A stretch of 64,000 nucleotides of DNA, from the NCBI GenBank assembly GCA_963702565.1, contig CAVPDE010000016.1, positions 320,034 through 384,033 on the forward strand. The letters run 5' to 3'. This DNA is from an uncultured delta proteobacterium (GTDB lineage: Bacteria > Desulfobacterota > DSM-4660 > Desulfatiglandales > HGW-15). Under the pieces are notes generated by a model. That model was not told where the DNA came from, made no database searches, and saw nothing but the letters and a program-made list of their open reading frames with translations. Made by a program: the position numbers and the translations under genes. Positions 19,000 through 30,945 of this stretch are shown here, piece by piece; within the stretch, counting starts at the first letter, position 1; each line of letters opens with the position of its first letter.

Positions 19000-20844
19000 T
19001 TACTCATCCCCTTCTTTAGCGGGCTTGCTTTCTGCGGCAGATCCCTGGGCTTCCAGCCCCAGCATCTCCTTTTTCAGGATCTCCCCGAGATTCGACGTGG
19101 CGCCATTTCGGCTGTCGGTGTAGCTCTTGTAGATCTCTCTCTCTTCGCTCTCCTCAAGCCGCTTGATCGAGAGCCCGATCTTTTTCTCACCCCTGGCGAC
19201 ATTGATGACCTTGGCCTGGATCACGTCATCCACGTTGAAACGGCTCAAGGGGTTGCCGCTCTTGTCTTTGCTGAGTTCTGAAACATGGATGAGTCCTTCA
19301 ATGCCTTCTTCGAGTTCCACGAACACGCCGAAATCCGTGACGTTCGTCACCGTGCCGGTCACCCGCGTTCCGGGTTTGTATTTACTGGGAACCTCATCCC
19401 ACGGATCCGTTGTGAGCTGTTTGACGCCCAGGGAGAAACGCTCGTTTTCTTTGTCGATGTTGAGGACGACCGCCTGAACCGTCTGTCCCTTCTTGTAGAG
19501 CTCCGAAGGGTGCTTGATTCGCTTGGTCCAGGAGATGTCCGAGATGTGAACCAGGCCGTCAATCCCTTCGTCAATACCGATGAAAATCCCGAAGTCCGTG
19601 ATGTTCTTGATCCTGCCCTCGATCGTGGTTCCCACAGGATAGCGTTGCCCGATGACATCCCAGGGGTTGGGCTCCACCTGCTTCAGTCCAAGGGAGATGC
19701 GTTTGTTTGCCGTGTCAAGATTCATGACCATGGCTTCGATCTCATCCCCCACCTTCACGATCTGGGAGGGATGCCGGACCTTTCTGGTCCAGGACATTTC
19801 CGAGACATGAACCAGCCCTTCGATCCCCTCCTCGATCTCCACGAATGCGCCATAGTCTGCAAGGCTGACCACGCGGCCCTTTAGCTTCGACCCGACGGTG
19901 TACCGCTCATTGGCTTGGAGCCACGGATCCGGCTTGAGCTGCTTGAGACCCAGGGAGACTCGGCCGGAGCCCGCATCGAAGTTCAGGACCTTGACATTGA
20001 TTTTGTCCCCCACCCTGAAGAGTTCAGAGGGATGGCCCACACGGCCCCAGGACATGTCCGTAATGTGGAGGAGCCCGTCGATGCCTCCCAGGTCGATAAA
20101 CAGGCCGTATTCCGTGATGTTCTTGACCGTGCCTTCCATGACGGCCCCGACCTGGAGGTGTTGAAGGGTTTTCTCCCGCATGGTCGCCCGCTCAGACTCG
20201 AGGATGGCCCTTCGGGAAAGGACGATGTTGGCGCGCCGCTTGTTGTACTTGAGAATCTTGAACTCCTGGACACTGCCGATGTGGGAGTCGAAGTCTTTGA
20301 TGGGTTTCAGGTTGATCTGAGATCCAGGCAGGAACGCCGGAAGGCCGATGTCCACGGACATGCCGCCCTTGACGCGGGCGATGATCTTGCCGCGGATCGT
20401 TCCCCCCTTCTCATAGATTTCTCTGATCTCATCCCAGATCCTGATTTTGGCAGCCTTCTCCTTGGATAGAATAATGATCCCTTCGTCGTCTTCCCTTCTT
20501 TCCAGGAGAACATCCACCGGGTCCCCCACCTGAGCCGTCACATTTCCGCCGGCATCGATGAATTCGCCGATGGGAATCTGCCCCTCCGACTTGTAGCCGA
20601 TATCCACCAGGACAAACTCCTTGTCCACGTGAACGATGGTTCCCCGAACCAATCCTCCTTCCTGGATGCTCTTGAGGCTCTCCTCATAGAGTTCCATGAA
20701 GTTCTTGCCCTCGGAACCGGCCCGCGTCTGTCCCGCGCCCTCGTGATCCGGTTTTCTGAATGGTTCGCGCTGCGAAGTTTCCGTGCCCGGCTGGTTATTG
20801 GTTCCTGTATTTTTCCCACCTGTTTTGTCTGTTTGTTTCTCCAT
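19000..20844 (-). CDS. rpsA: 30S ribosomal protein S1
   Basis: Six repeated S1 domains (G..V.G.V..I..FG.FV). It lies downstream of cmk, as in many bacteria. The N-terminal start is uncertain. Confidence 0.9.
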   Translation of the reverse strand: MEKQTDKTGGKNTGTNNQPGTETSQREPFRKPDHEGAGQTRAGSEGKNFMELYEESLKSIQEGGLVRGTIVHVDKEFVLVDIGYKSEGQIPIGEFIDAGGNVTAQVGDPVDVLLERREDDEGIIILSKEKAAKIRIWDEIREIYEKGGTIRGKIIARVKGGMSVDIGLPAFLPGSQINLKPIKDFDSHIGSVQEFKILKYNKRRANIVLSRRAILESERATMREKTLQHLQVGAVMEGTVKNITEYGLFIDLGGIDGLLHITDMSWGRVGHPSELFRVGDKINVKVLNFDAGSGRVSLGLKQLKPDPWLQANERYTVGSKLKGRVVSLADYGAFVEIEEGIEGLVHVSEMSWTRKVRHPSQIVKVGDEIEAMVMNLDTANKRISLGLKQVEPNPWDVIGQRYPVGTTIEGRIKNITDFGIFIGIDEGIDGLVHISDISWTKRIKHPSELYKKGQTVQAVVLNIDKENERFSLGVKQLTTDPWDEVPSKYKPGTRVTGTVTNVTDFGVFVELEEGIEGLIHVSELSKDKSGNPLSRFNVDDVIQAKVINVARGEKKIGLSIKRLEESEEREIYKSYTDSRNGATSNLGEILKKEMLGLEAQGSAAESKPAKEGDE

Positions 20845-20934
20845 TCAACCCGTTACCCCCTGATCAAAAGCTTCTTCATCTCCCCAAAACTTATTTTAAT
20901 AGCAGAGAGGAAAGCAAAACTCAACCTATTCCTT

Positions 20935-21609
20935 TTAAGTTTTTTTGCTCCCTTTCTCGACGGTTTTGATCATTTTTTCGACGACCTCCTCCACGGTCAT
21001 GTTGGTCGTGTCCATGATGACGGCATCCTTGGCAGGGACCAGGGGAGCCAGGGCACGCGTCGTGTCCTGATCATCCCTTTTCCTGAGTTCTTTTTCAACT
21101 TCTCCCATGGAAACCGCCTCGCCCCTTTCCAGTCTCTCGCGGTATCTTCGGCCGGCTCTCACCCCTAAATCGGCATCGACAAAAAATTTACAATCCGCAT
21201 CGGGAAACACCACGGTTCCCATGTCTCTTCCTTCAGCCACGACCCCGCCTTGCCCTGCCATTTTCCTCTGCAGCAGGGTCATCGCCTGCCTGACTTCTTT
21301 AATGGCTGAAATAGCCGAGGAGAGCATGTCCATCTCCGGGCTTCGAATGGCTGCAGAGATATCCTCTGAGCCCAGGAAGATCCGTGTTTTTCCGTCCACC
21401 GTCTTGAAGTGAAGATCCAGGTCCCTGCAAAGCCTGCTGATTTTTTCTCTGTCCTTCAAATCAACGCTTTCCCTTTTTGCCTGGAGAGCCACTGCACGGT
21501 ACATCGCTCCCGTATCGAGATAGAGGTATTTGAGCCTCTTGGCAAGAAGGCGGCTGACCGTGCTCTTTCCTGAACCCGCGGGGCCATCAACGGTGATGAT
21601 TCTAGCCAC
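20935..21609 (-). CDS. cmk: cytidylate kinase
   Basis: ITVDGPAGSGKST P-loop and YLDTGAMYRA. GTG at 21609 is favoured; the ORF is open to 21648. Confidence 0.85.
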   Translation of the reverse strand: MARIITVDGPAGSGKSTVSRLLAKRLKYLYLDTGAMYRAVALQAKRESVDLKDREKISRLCRDLDLHFKTVDGKTRIFLGSEDISAAIRSPEMDMLSSAISAIKEVRQAMTLLQRKMAGQGGVVAEGRDMGTVVFPDADCKFFVDADLGVRAGRRYRERLERGEAVSMGEVEKELRKRDDQDTTRALAPLVPAKDAVIMDTTNMTVEEVVEKMIKTVEKGSKKT

Positions 21610-21920
21610 AGCCTCTGCTCCGATTGAAAACCAATGGAATTGCACCACTTCTTAAATCAAAAGCGGAAATATATCAAGGAGTTTTAGACCGATGGAACCT
21701 CACATCAGAGATCCCTTTGCGACACGGGAGGAGCGAGTTTACTCGCGCAGAACCGGGATCAAGGGCCGCCACTTTTTCACTCACAACCTATTATTAAGAC
21801 TTGACTTAAAGGATTGAATTCATTATTTTCATGTTCAATCTGCGCTCGTCGCATGAGCTCTTTTTATTGCTCATAGGCCTAAGGGAATCTTGAAACGTTC
21901 TTAGACTGGAGAGGAGACCC

Positions 21921-22196
21921 ATGAATAAATCACAATTGATAGAGGCCCTTGCCAAGGCTGAAAACCTAGCCCTCAAAAAAGCGGAAGAAGTTGTGAACAC
22001 GGTTTTCGGTGACATGGAAAAAGCGCTGATTCAGGGGGAACGAGTCGAGATCCGAGGCTTTGGTAGTTTCAAGATCAAGAACTACGAGGGGTACCAGGGA
22101 AGAAATCCCAAGACAGGCGAAATCATCAATGTCGCCTCCAAGAAACTCCCGTTCTTCAAGGTCGGAAAAGAGCTCAAGGACAGAGTCGATATTTAA
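21921..22196 (+). CDS. ihfB: IHF/HU-family DNA-binding protein (IHF-beta-like)
   Basis: 91 aa. GERVEIRGFGSF and RNPKTGE motifs are present. It is adjacent to cmk-rpsA. Confidence 0.7.
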   Translation: MNKSQLIEALAKAENLALKKAEEVVNTVFGDMEKALIQGERVEIRGFGSFKIKNYEGYQGRNPKTGEIINVASKKLPFFKVGKELKDRVDI

Positions 22197-22211
22197 TCAC
22201 TGTTTGAACGT

Positions 22212-22484
22212 CCTTGGTCGTGCTAGATGGGGAGCTAGCGGTGCCCTGTAACCCGAGATCCGCTTATGCGGGGTCGAAAGTCCTTTCAGAGAACCCCTCA
22301 TCAGTGCTGACCCTGACCGGTTCTGACGGTCGAGTGGACCTCACGTGACAGACGGTTGCGAACCCCGTCAGGTCCGGAAGGAAGCAGCGGTAAGTAATGC
22401 GGTCTGTGTCGTGCTGCTCTCTACTCTTTCTCAGGCCGGTTAAGACAGACTCCTGAGGATTCGAGAAGGGATGCACGACCAAGG
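22212..22484 (+). ncRNA. ffs: signal recognition particle RNA, long form with Alu domain
   Basis: The 12-nt ends are exactly complementary (ccttggtcgtgc 22212-22223 / gcacgaccaagg 22473-22484). The 5' part cgtgctagatggggagctagcggtgccctgtaacc resembles, from memory, the Bacillus scRNA Alu region. The universal domain IV motif gtcaggtccggaaggaagcagc lies at about 22367-22388. Confidence 0.85.
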
Positions 22485-22548
22485 CTTATTTCTCCTATCC
22501 CTTGCCTTTTCGCTTCCGCACCCGAAATCCTGATCTCTATTTGAGTCC

Positions 22549-23364
22549 ATGCTGCAAAGACACTCTTTCCACATATCCGAGCCGAAAGCTGAAGATCACC
22601 CGCCGGTGGCCCGCGAGGTGCCTTTTTTTCAATTTCCCGGTCTCTCGCTTTGTCCTGACCTCGCACACTTTGTTTTCACAAGACATGGGGGCGTGAGCGA
22701 CTCCGCTTTCCGAAGCCTCAATGTGAGCGTCAGCACAGGGGACAGCCCCGCGAACGTGGAGGCCAATCTCTCCCTGATCCGGGAACTCACCGGCGCCAGG
22801 GCTCTCCGGTCCATGAACCAGGTTCATGGCAAGAACATCCTGATCTTGCGGGACCGTGCCCTTCAGGACGGCAAAGGCCCTTTCACGGCGGACGCGATGG
22901 TCACCGATGTGGCCGGTGTGGCCCTTCTCGTGAAACAGGCGGATTGCCAGGCCGTGATCCTTTACGACACTGCAAGACAAGTGGTTGCCAACGTTCACTG
23001 CGGCTGGAGAGGAAACGCTCAAGGCCTTCTCAGCGACGTCATCGCCGCCATGAAAGCGGAATTCGGCTGCGACCCCTCCCGGCTGAAAGCGGCCATAGGA
23101 CCCTCGCTGGGACCGTGCTGCGCGGAATTCGTCACCCACCGGGAAATCTTTCCGGAAAGCCTCAGGCCCTTCATGATACGGGACAATTACTTCGACCTCT
23201 GGGCCGTCAGCCGCTCCCAGCTTGTGCGGTCGGGGCTAAAAGAGGCGCACATTGAATCGGCGGATTGGTGCACCCGCTGCAGGACCGACCTCTTTTACTC
23301 TTACAGGGGTGAAGGCCGGACCGGAAGGTTTGCCACGGTCGTGATGCTTAAGCCTCAAGTCTGA
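22549..23364 (+). CDS. pgeF: YfiH/PgeF-family (DUF152) laccase-domain protein / purine nucleoside phosphorylase
   Basis: FTRHGGVS, NQVHG, VKQADC and HCGWRG motifs. Confidence 0.8.
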   Translation: MLQRHSFHISEPKAEDHPPVAREVPFFQFPGLSLCPDLAHFVFTRHGGVSDSAFRSLNVSVSTGDSPANVEANLSLIRELTGARALRSMNQVHGKNILILRDRALQDGKGPFTADAMVTDVAGVALLVKQADCQAVILYDTARQVVANVHCGWRGNAQGLLSDVIAAMKAEFGCDPSRLKAAIGPSLGPCCAEFVTHREIFPESLRPFMIRDNYFDLWAVSRSQLVRSGLKEAHIESADWCTRCRTDLFYSYRGEGRTGRFATVVMLKPQV

Positions 23365-23421
23365 TGACTTCTCGATACCTTCATTAGGAATTCCTTCCAA
23401 AGCAGGAAGAAGAATTCACCA

Positions 23422-25352
<1,931 letters not shown>

Positions 25353-25504
25353 CGAAAACATAAAAGGACGAAATCATGAAAAACTTCTTTTTTTCGTGCT
25401 TTCGTGATCGGCTTTGGGTTTTTCCCCTAGCGGATTCCTCCTCAAAATGCTAAAGGCACCCAACACCCTTCTCAGAGTGAAATCAGGTCCGGAGACTGGA
25501 TACG

Positions 25505-26077
25505 ATGAAGATTTTTCCCCACGAAATCGCTTTTGATGTGGACGGGGTCTTCGCCGACACCTTCCACCTTTTTGTCGCCAAAGCACGCAGCGAGTACGGG
25601 TACCGGTTCGAATACGAAGACATCACAGAATACGATTTCATGAAGGTTCTCGATATGGATGCGGAGGCGAGTGACGCCATCGTTCAGACCCTGATCGAGT
25701 CTCCTCTGGAGAGCGGGGTGATGCCCATCTCCGGTGCTGTGGAAGTCCTGACCCGACTCTCTCTTCTCGCCCCTCTTCACTTTGTCACTGCAAGGCCTCA
25801 AAAAAAACCTATCCTGGACTGGGTCGAACACCAGCTTCCGGAAGTGGACAGGGGCAGGATCCGGATCGAGGTGACCGGCGTTCACACGGAAAAGATTCCG
25901 GTGCTGATGGAGATGGGATTCAAGTTCTTTGTGGAGGACCGGCTGGACACCTGCCCCCTGCTCGAGCAGAACGGCATCACCCCGATCCTCTTCGAACAAC
26001 CCTGGAATCGGAAACCTCATCCCTATTATGTGGTCAGGGACTGGGACGATATCTCCAGGCTCATCGACTGGCCCTGA
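25505..26077 (+). CDS. HAD-superfamily hydrolase (5'(3')-deoxyribonucleotidase-like)
   Basis: N-terminal FDVDGV (DxDG/V) HAD motif I; 190 aa. Confidence 0.65.
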   Translation: MKIFPHEIAFDVDGVFADTFHLFVAKARSEYGYRFEYEDITEYDFMKVLDMDAEASDAIVQTLIESPLESGVMPISGAVEVLTRLSLLAPLHFVTARPQKKPILDWVEHQLPEVDRGRIRIEVTGVHTEKIPVLMEMGFKFFVEDRLDTCPLLEQNGITPILFEQPWNRKPHPYYVVRDWDDISRLIDWP

Positions 26078-26164
26078 GCAGAGCCTCTGATGCCGGTTGA
26101 CAAAAAGCAGAAAAATATTATCATCTAGAACCTGGACCCATGTCTCACTTGGAGGAATTCAACC

Positions 26165-26329
26165 ATGCCCAGCTACGATTTCAGGTGTGAAAAGTGCGGC
26201 GGCAAGTTCAACCTCATGCTGTCCCTTTCAGAATATGACAAGATGAAGTTCCGGTGCCCCAAGTGCAAGAGCACCAAGGTGAAACAGGAAATCATGCCCT
26301 TCCAGGTCAAGACTTCCAAAAAAAGCTAG
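26165..26329 (+). CDS. FmdB-family zinc-ribbon protein (54 aa, below ORF-track cutoff)
   Basis: Read by hand: MPSYDFRCEKCGGKFNLMLSLSEYDKMKFRCPKCKSTKVKQEIMPFQVKTSKKS, the CxxC...CxxC FmdB signature. GGAGG lies upstream and a TTGACA/TATCAT promoter candidate sits at 26097-26124. Confidence 0.7.
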   Translation: MPSYDFRCEKCGGKFNLMLSLSEYDKMKFRCPKCKSTKVKQEIMPFQVKTSKKS

Positions 26330-26344
26330 CCGAGAAGATTGAAT

Positions 26345-26599
26345 ATGGAATGTCCTCACTGTCAGCAAGAGATCCCTGGCAAGATGTGCCCGGAGTGTGG
26401 AACCCAAGTTCCGGGAGAGAGCCGCTATTGCATGGCCTGCGGAGCATTGTTCAAAGCAGAGGCAGGCGGAGGGAGCGATGCGGAAGATGGACTGGACCTC
26501 GAAACCCGCGTGCTCTGCCCTGACGGAAACTGCACGGGCATTATCGTGGACGGCAAGTGCACCGAGTGCGGAAAGCCCTACCCTGAGTCCGCTTCCTGA
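26345..26599 (+). CDS. double zinc-ribbon hypothetical protein
   Basis: MECPHCQQEIPGKMCPECG...YCMACG...CPDGNC...CTECG. Multiple CxxC pairs. Confidence 0.5.
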   Translation: MECPHCQQEIPGKMCPECGTQVPGESRYCMACGALFKAEAGGGSDAEDGLDLETRVLCPDGNCTGIIVDGKCTECGKPYPESAS

Positions 26600-26617
26600 T
26601 CCGCCGGGGTGGCCCCC

Positions 26618-26989
26618 ATGTATGAACTGAAGATCATCGCCCAGATGGCCTGCGCTCACCAGCTCCGGGAATTTGAAGGCCGATGCGAGAATCTGCACGG
26701 CCATAACTGGAAGATCGAAGTCTTTGTGAGCGGTGAGGATCTGGAGCCCAACGGCATCTTGATCGACTTCAAGAAAGTCAAGACCGCCACGGAAAAAGTG
26801 ATCGACGAATTGGATCACAAGTTCCTGAACGACATGGACTACTTCAAGGAAGTGAATCCTTCGTCGGAAAACATCGCCCGCTACATCTTCAAAGCCCTGG
26901 GGCACACCCTGGACAGCAGGAAGGTCAGGGTGAACAGGGTCACGGCCTGGGAGTCGGACACCGCGTGCGCCTCTTACACGGAGCCTTGA
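26618..26989 (+). CDS. queD: 6-carboxy-5,6,7,8-tetrahydropterin synthase
   Basis: CAHQL, ENLHGHNW and DHKFLND motifs of the QueD/PTPS family. Confidence 0.85.
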   Translation: MYELKIIAQMACAHQLREFEGRCENLHGHNWKIEVFVSGEDLEPNGILIDFKKVKTATEKVIDELDHKFLNDMDYFKEVNPSSENIARYIFKALGHTLDSRKVRVNRVTAWESDTACASYTEP

Positions 26990-26998
26990 GTCGAGGGA

Positions 26999-27760
26999 AT
27001 GGCTCAATCCCTTATGAAAAAGATCATCGCCTTCATTCCTTCCCGATATGAATCCACACGGTTTCCGGGCAAGCCCTTAGCCCTCATCGCCGGAAAGCCC
27101 ATGATCCAGCATGTCTATGAACGCACCCTGTCTTCCGCGCATGTGGAGGACGCTTTTGTCGCAACCGATGACGAGCGAATTGCTCACTGCGTTCAGGGTT
27201 TCGGCGGCAAGGCCGTCATGACCGGGCCGACCCATCCCTCGGGCACGGACCGCATTGCCGAAGCCGCTCTGAAGCTGGGGCTGCAAGATCACGATCTGGT
27301 CGTCAATGTACAAGGCGACCAACCGGCCTTTGATCCCTCCTGCATCCCTGAGTTGCTCAAGCCTTTCCAGGATGATCCCGAGCTCCCCATGACCACGCTG
27401 ATGATCCGGATACGCGAGAAGGAAGAGATCGAGAACCCGAACAACGTGAAGGTGGTCAGCGACAGGAAGGGATTTGCTCTCTACTTTTCGCGTTCTCCCA
27501 TCCCCTTCTATCGCGACACCGGAGAAAACCAGGGCGTTTACAAACATCTCGGATTCTACGCCTACCCGGTTCGGTTCCTGAGGATTTTCGTAAGCCTTTC
27601 CCCGGGGCCGCTCGAGTCCGCAGAAAAACTGGAACCGCTCAGGGCACTGGAACACGGCTTCAAGATTAAAGTGGTGGAGACCCGCTTCGATTCGACCGAG
27701 GTGGATACCCCGAAGGACATCAAGAAAGCAGAACACATGATCCGCTGGCAGGAGACATGA
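26999..27760 (+). CDS. kdsB: 3-deoxy-manno-octulosonate cytidylyltransferase
   Basis: IIAFIPSRYESTRFPGKPL, and NVQGDQP. An alternative start lies at 27014. Confidence 0.85.
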   Translation: MAQSLMKKIIAFIPSRYESTRFPGKPLALIAGKPMIQHVYERTLSSAHVEDAFVATDDERIAHCVQGFGGKAVMTGPTHPSGTDRIAEAALKLGLQDHDLVVNVQGDQPAFDPSCIPELLKPFQDDPELPMTTLMIRIREKEEIENPNNVKVVSDRKGFALYFSRSPIPFYRDTGENQGVYKHLGFYAYPVRFLRIFVSLSPGPLESAEKLEPLRALEHGFKIKVVETRFDSTEVDTPKDIKKAEHMIRWQET

Positions 27761-29502
27761 AAAAGATCTGGAACCTGAAGGCCTCTTCTCCCCATGCCGC
27801 GACCCTTTCAGAATCGTCCGGTCTCTCCCGCCTGGAGGCTCAGATCCTCATCCATCGCGGCCTTCTTGACCCTCGTGACGTCGCTTCTTTTCTCCTTCCC
27901 CGACTGACCCACCTCCTGGACCCTTATCTCATGAAGGACATGTCCTCCGCCATAGACCTTATCCTGTCGGCTATGGACAGAGAGGACCCGATCACCATTT
28001 ACGGGGACTATGACGCGGATGGGCTCACGGCCACAGCCCTTCTTTTCAACTTCCTTTCATCCCTCGGCGTCCCGGTGCATGCCTATATCCCCAATCGGCT
28101 GACCGAAGGATACGGACTCCATGTCAAAGCGGTAGAGCGAATCGCCCGGCGCGGCCCGGGGTTGATCGTCACCGTGGACTGCGGCGTCTCCAACAACCAG
28201 GAGATCGCCTTTGCCGCAGGCCTCGGCCTGAAAGTGGTGGTCACCGATCACCATCAGGTGGACGAGTCCTTCACTCCCCTTTGCGCTGTTGTCAATCCGC
28301 ACCGAGCGGACTGCCCTTTCCCTTTCAAGCATCTGACCGGCGTGGGGTTGGCCTTTTTCCTGGCCGTAGCCTTGAGGGCGGCCCTGCGGGGACGAGGGCG
28401 GTTCGACACACATCCTGAACCGGACCTGAAGGACTATCTCGACCTCGTGGCGCTTGGAACCGTGGCGGACATGGCCCCGCTCCTTGATCAGAACCGGCTT
28501 CTCGTCAAGACAGGCCTGGACAAGATCCGGACCACCCGGTGGCCGGGGATTGCGGCCATCGCGGAACTGGCAGGCCTCTCGCTTGCCACTCTCACCGCCC
28601 AGGATCTCGCCTTCAGGATTGCGCCCCGATTCAACGCCTCCGGAAGATTGGGTGATGCGGAAATAGCGCTCACCGCTCTCACCACCTGTGTTCCCGGCCA
28701 TGCCAAAGGCCTCGCGCTGCAACTCGACAGGATAAACGGCGAAAGGCAACGCCTTGAGCGGAAGATCCTGGATGAAATTGAAGCAACGCTTCCCTCCACG
28801 GCGGACCTCTCCTCTCAAAGGGCTCTGGTGGTCACCGGAGCCGGCTGGCACCGGGGAATCCTCGGGATCGTGGCGTCCAAACTGCTGGAGAAACATCGAC
28901 GGCCGGTGCTTGTCCTGGGTGTGGAAAACGGGACAGCGGTCGGCTCCGGCAGGAGCATACCCGGATTCAATCTTTACAGGGCATTGAGAAGACTCGAGCC
29001 GCTGCTCGACCGGTTCGGGGGTCACAAGCACGCGGCGGGATTGGCTCTTAAAGCGTCTCACGTGGAGAGGCTCAGGCAGGAATTCGAAAACCTTGCTCGC
29101 GAGGAGCTTTCAGAGGAAGACCTTGTTCCCTCCGTCGATGTGGATGCGGAAGTGTATCTTAAGGACATGACGCTTGAGACCCTTCGCCGTCTTAACTCCT
29201 TTTCGCCCTTTGGATCAGGAAACCCCGAGCCCCTGTTCTATTCAGGCCCTTGTGACGTGGTGGAGTCGAGAGTGGTGGGAGAAAGACATCTAAAAATGAA
29301 GGTTCGGCAGAACGGAACGGTTTTCGAGACGATCGGCTTCGAGTTGGCGGAGCACACCTCCCTCCTTCGCGGCCCGATCAACTTCATTTTCACCCCTGAA
29401 ATCGATCGATGGCAGGGCCAGGAGAAAGTCAAGCTCCGCATGATCGATCTGGAGCCCAGCGACCAACCCTGCAAGTTGCAGAGGCAGCCGGCTAATCCTT
29501 GA
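27757..29502 (+). CDS. recJ: single-stranded-DNA-specific exonuclease RecJ
   Basis: DHH motifs (IYGDYDADG, VTVDCG, VTDHH) and GGHKHAAG (DHHA1). There is a 4-nt overlap with kdsB. Confidence 0.9.
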   Translation: MKKIWNLKASSPHAATLSESSGLSRLEAQILIHRGLLDPRDVASFLLPRLTHLLDPYLMKDMSSAIDLILSAMDREDPITIYGDYDADGLTATALLFNFLSSLGVPVHAYIPNRLTEGYGLHVKAVERIARRGPGLIVTVDCGVSNNQEIAFAAGLGLKVVVTDHHQVDESFTPLCAVVNPHRADCPFPFKHLTGVGLAFFLAVALRAALRGRGRFDTHPEPDLKDYLDLVALGTVADMAPLLDQNRLLVKTGLDKIRTTRWPGIAAIAELAGLSLATLTAQDLAFRIAPRFNASGRLGDAEIALTALTTCVPGHAKGLALQLDRINGERQRLERKILDEIEATLPSTADLSSQRALVVTGAGWHRGILGIVASKLLEKHRRPVLVLGVENGTAVGSGRSIPGFNLYRALRRLEPLLDRFGGHKHAAGLALKASHVERLRQEFENLAREELSEEDLVPSVDVDAEVYLKDMTLETLRRLNSFSPFGSGNPEPLFYSGPCDVVESRVVGERHLKMKVRQNGTVFETIGFELAEHTSLLRGPINFIFTPEIDRWQGQEKVKLRMIDLEPSDQPCKLQRQPANP

Positions 29503-29974
29503 AGATCCGGGCGGCCGCGTCTATGTCTTCGGGGCAAAAGACGAAGAGAGATTTTTTCTCCGAGGGCATGGCCGAACCGTAAACGTAGCTGATGTTGATT
29601 CCCTCTTCTCCGAACTTCTTGGCCATGGCTGCAAGGGTTCCCGGCGTGTTGTCGATCTCAAGGGCGATCACGGGCATGATGTCGAAGAGGTACCCCTTCT
29701 TGGAAAGCAGATCGATGGCCTTGTCCGTTTGGTTCACCAGCAGCCGGATGAGCGCGAAGTCCGCAGAGTCCTTCTGCATGGAGCCGTAAGAGGCGGCGGG
29801 TGCTATCCGTTTCAGCGTTTTTCCCCTGGCCTTGAAAAGCTCCTTCACATACGCCGAAGCATCCTGGATCGTCAGCGCATCGATGTTGACCCCTTCCCCG
29901 CCGAGGAGGGTGGCCAGTTTTCCCAGCTCACCCGGCACGTTTTCAAGAAAAAGCTGGATCTCCGTTCTCACCAT
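29492..29974 (-). CDS. ACT-domain (amino-acid-binding) protein, tandem ACT
   Basis: Two repeats of the ENxPG(E/T)L...L pattern. 160 aa. Confidence 0.7.
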   Translation of the reverse strand: MVRTEIQLFLENVPGELGKLATLLGGEGVNIDALTIQDASAYVKELFKARGKTLKRIAPAASYGSMQKDSADFALIRLLVNQTDKAIDLLSKKGYLFDIMPVIALEIDNTPGTLAAMAKKFGEEGINISYVYGSAMPSEKKSLFVFCPEDIDAAARIFKD

Positions 29975-29994
29975 CGCTCAACTCCCGCAGAAAG

Positions 29995-30945
29995 CTATTT
30001 CCCTTTTTGCTTCACTTCGTAGCCCTTGAAAAACCTCAACAGCTCCGAATCCGTGGAAAGCACGAGAGAAGTGCTTTTGTCCATGGTGTCCTTGTAAATG
30101 TCGAGAGTTTGAATAAAGGAGTAGAACTCCGGATCTTTCCCCAAGGCCCGGGCATAAATGAGAGTCGCCTCGGCGTCGGCCTTTCCGCTGAGCTCTTGCG
30201 CCGTCCTGTAAGCCCCGGACTCGATCTCTTTCAGGTCCTTTTCCATGTCGCCCTCGATTTTCCGCGCCTCCCCCTTGCCTTCGGAACGAAATTTCTCGGC
30301 GATTTGCTTCCTCTCCGCGATCATTCGGCCATAGACCGTTTTCTGCACCTCTTCCACATAGTTCAGCATCTTGAACTTCACATCCACGAGCTCGATGCCG
30401 AATTCCCTGAGCTTGGGTTGGGCCTGTTCGAGAATGCCTTTGGTAATATTGCTTCTTCCGAACTTTACTTCACCCAGCGGGCTCGTATCCTTTACCACCT
30501 CCACGCCTACTTCGGCAACATCGAGTTCACGGTTGGTCATCCTCACCGTTTCGATCAGGGGGTAGGAGGTGACGAAATTCCGAACTGCGGAATCGATGAT
30601 ATCGTCAAGACGGCCCAAAGCGCTTGTCATGTTGTTGACGGTCTGGAAGAACTTGAGGGGATCCACGATCTTCCAACGGGCAAAGGTATCCACCAGGATA
30701 AACGTCTTGTCCAGGGTAGGCACCTCCCCGCGATCCCCATCCCACGCCTGGAGATTCTTGGGAAAGTAGTTGGCCTGCTGAATCATCGGGATCTTGAAAT
30801 AAAGGCCGGGCGTGATCTTGGCATCACCCACCGCTTTACCGAACTGGGTGAGGACCACCTGCTCGGTTTCATCGACCACATAGGCCGAACTGAAAACGGC
30901 AATCAGAATAATCGCAACAAGGACGAGTAACCCTTTAGATTTCAT
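29995..30945 (-). CDS. hflC: protease modulator HflC (SPFH/band-7)
   Basis: N-terminal TM plus SPFH domain. It has a 4-nt overlap with upstream hflK. Confidence 0.85.
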   Translation of the reverse strand: MKSKGLLVLVAIILIAVFSSAYVVDETEQVVLTQFGKAVGDAKITPGLYFKIPMIQQANYFPKNLQAWDGDRGEVPTLDKTFILVDTFARWKIVDPLKFFQTVNNMTSALGRLDDIIDSAVRNFVTSYPLIETVRMTNRELDVAEVGVEVVKDTSPLGEVKFGRSNITKGILEQAQPKLREFGIELVDVKFKMLNYVEEVQKTVYGRMIAERKQIAEKFRSEGKGEARKIEGDMEKDLKEIESGAYRTAQELSGKADAEATLIYARALGKDPEFYSFIQTLDIYKDTMDKSTSLVLSTDSELLRFFKGYEVKQKGK

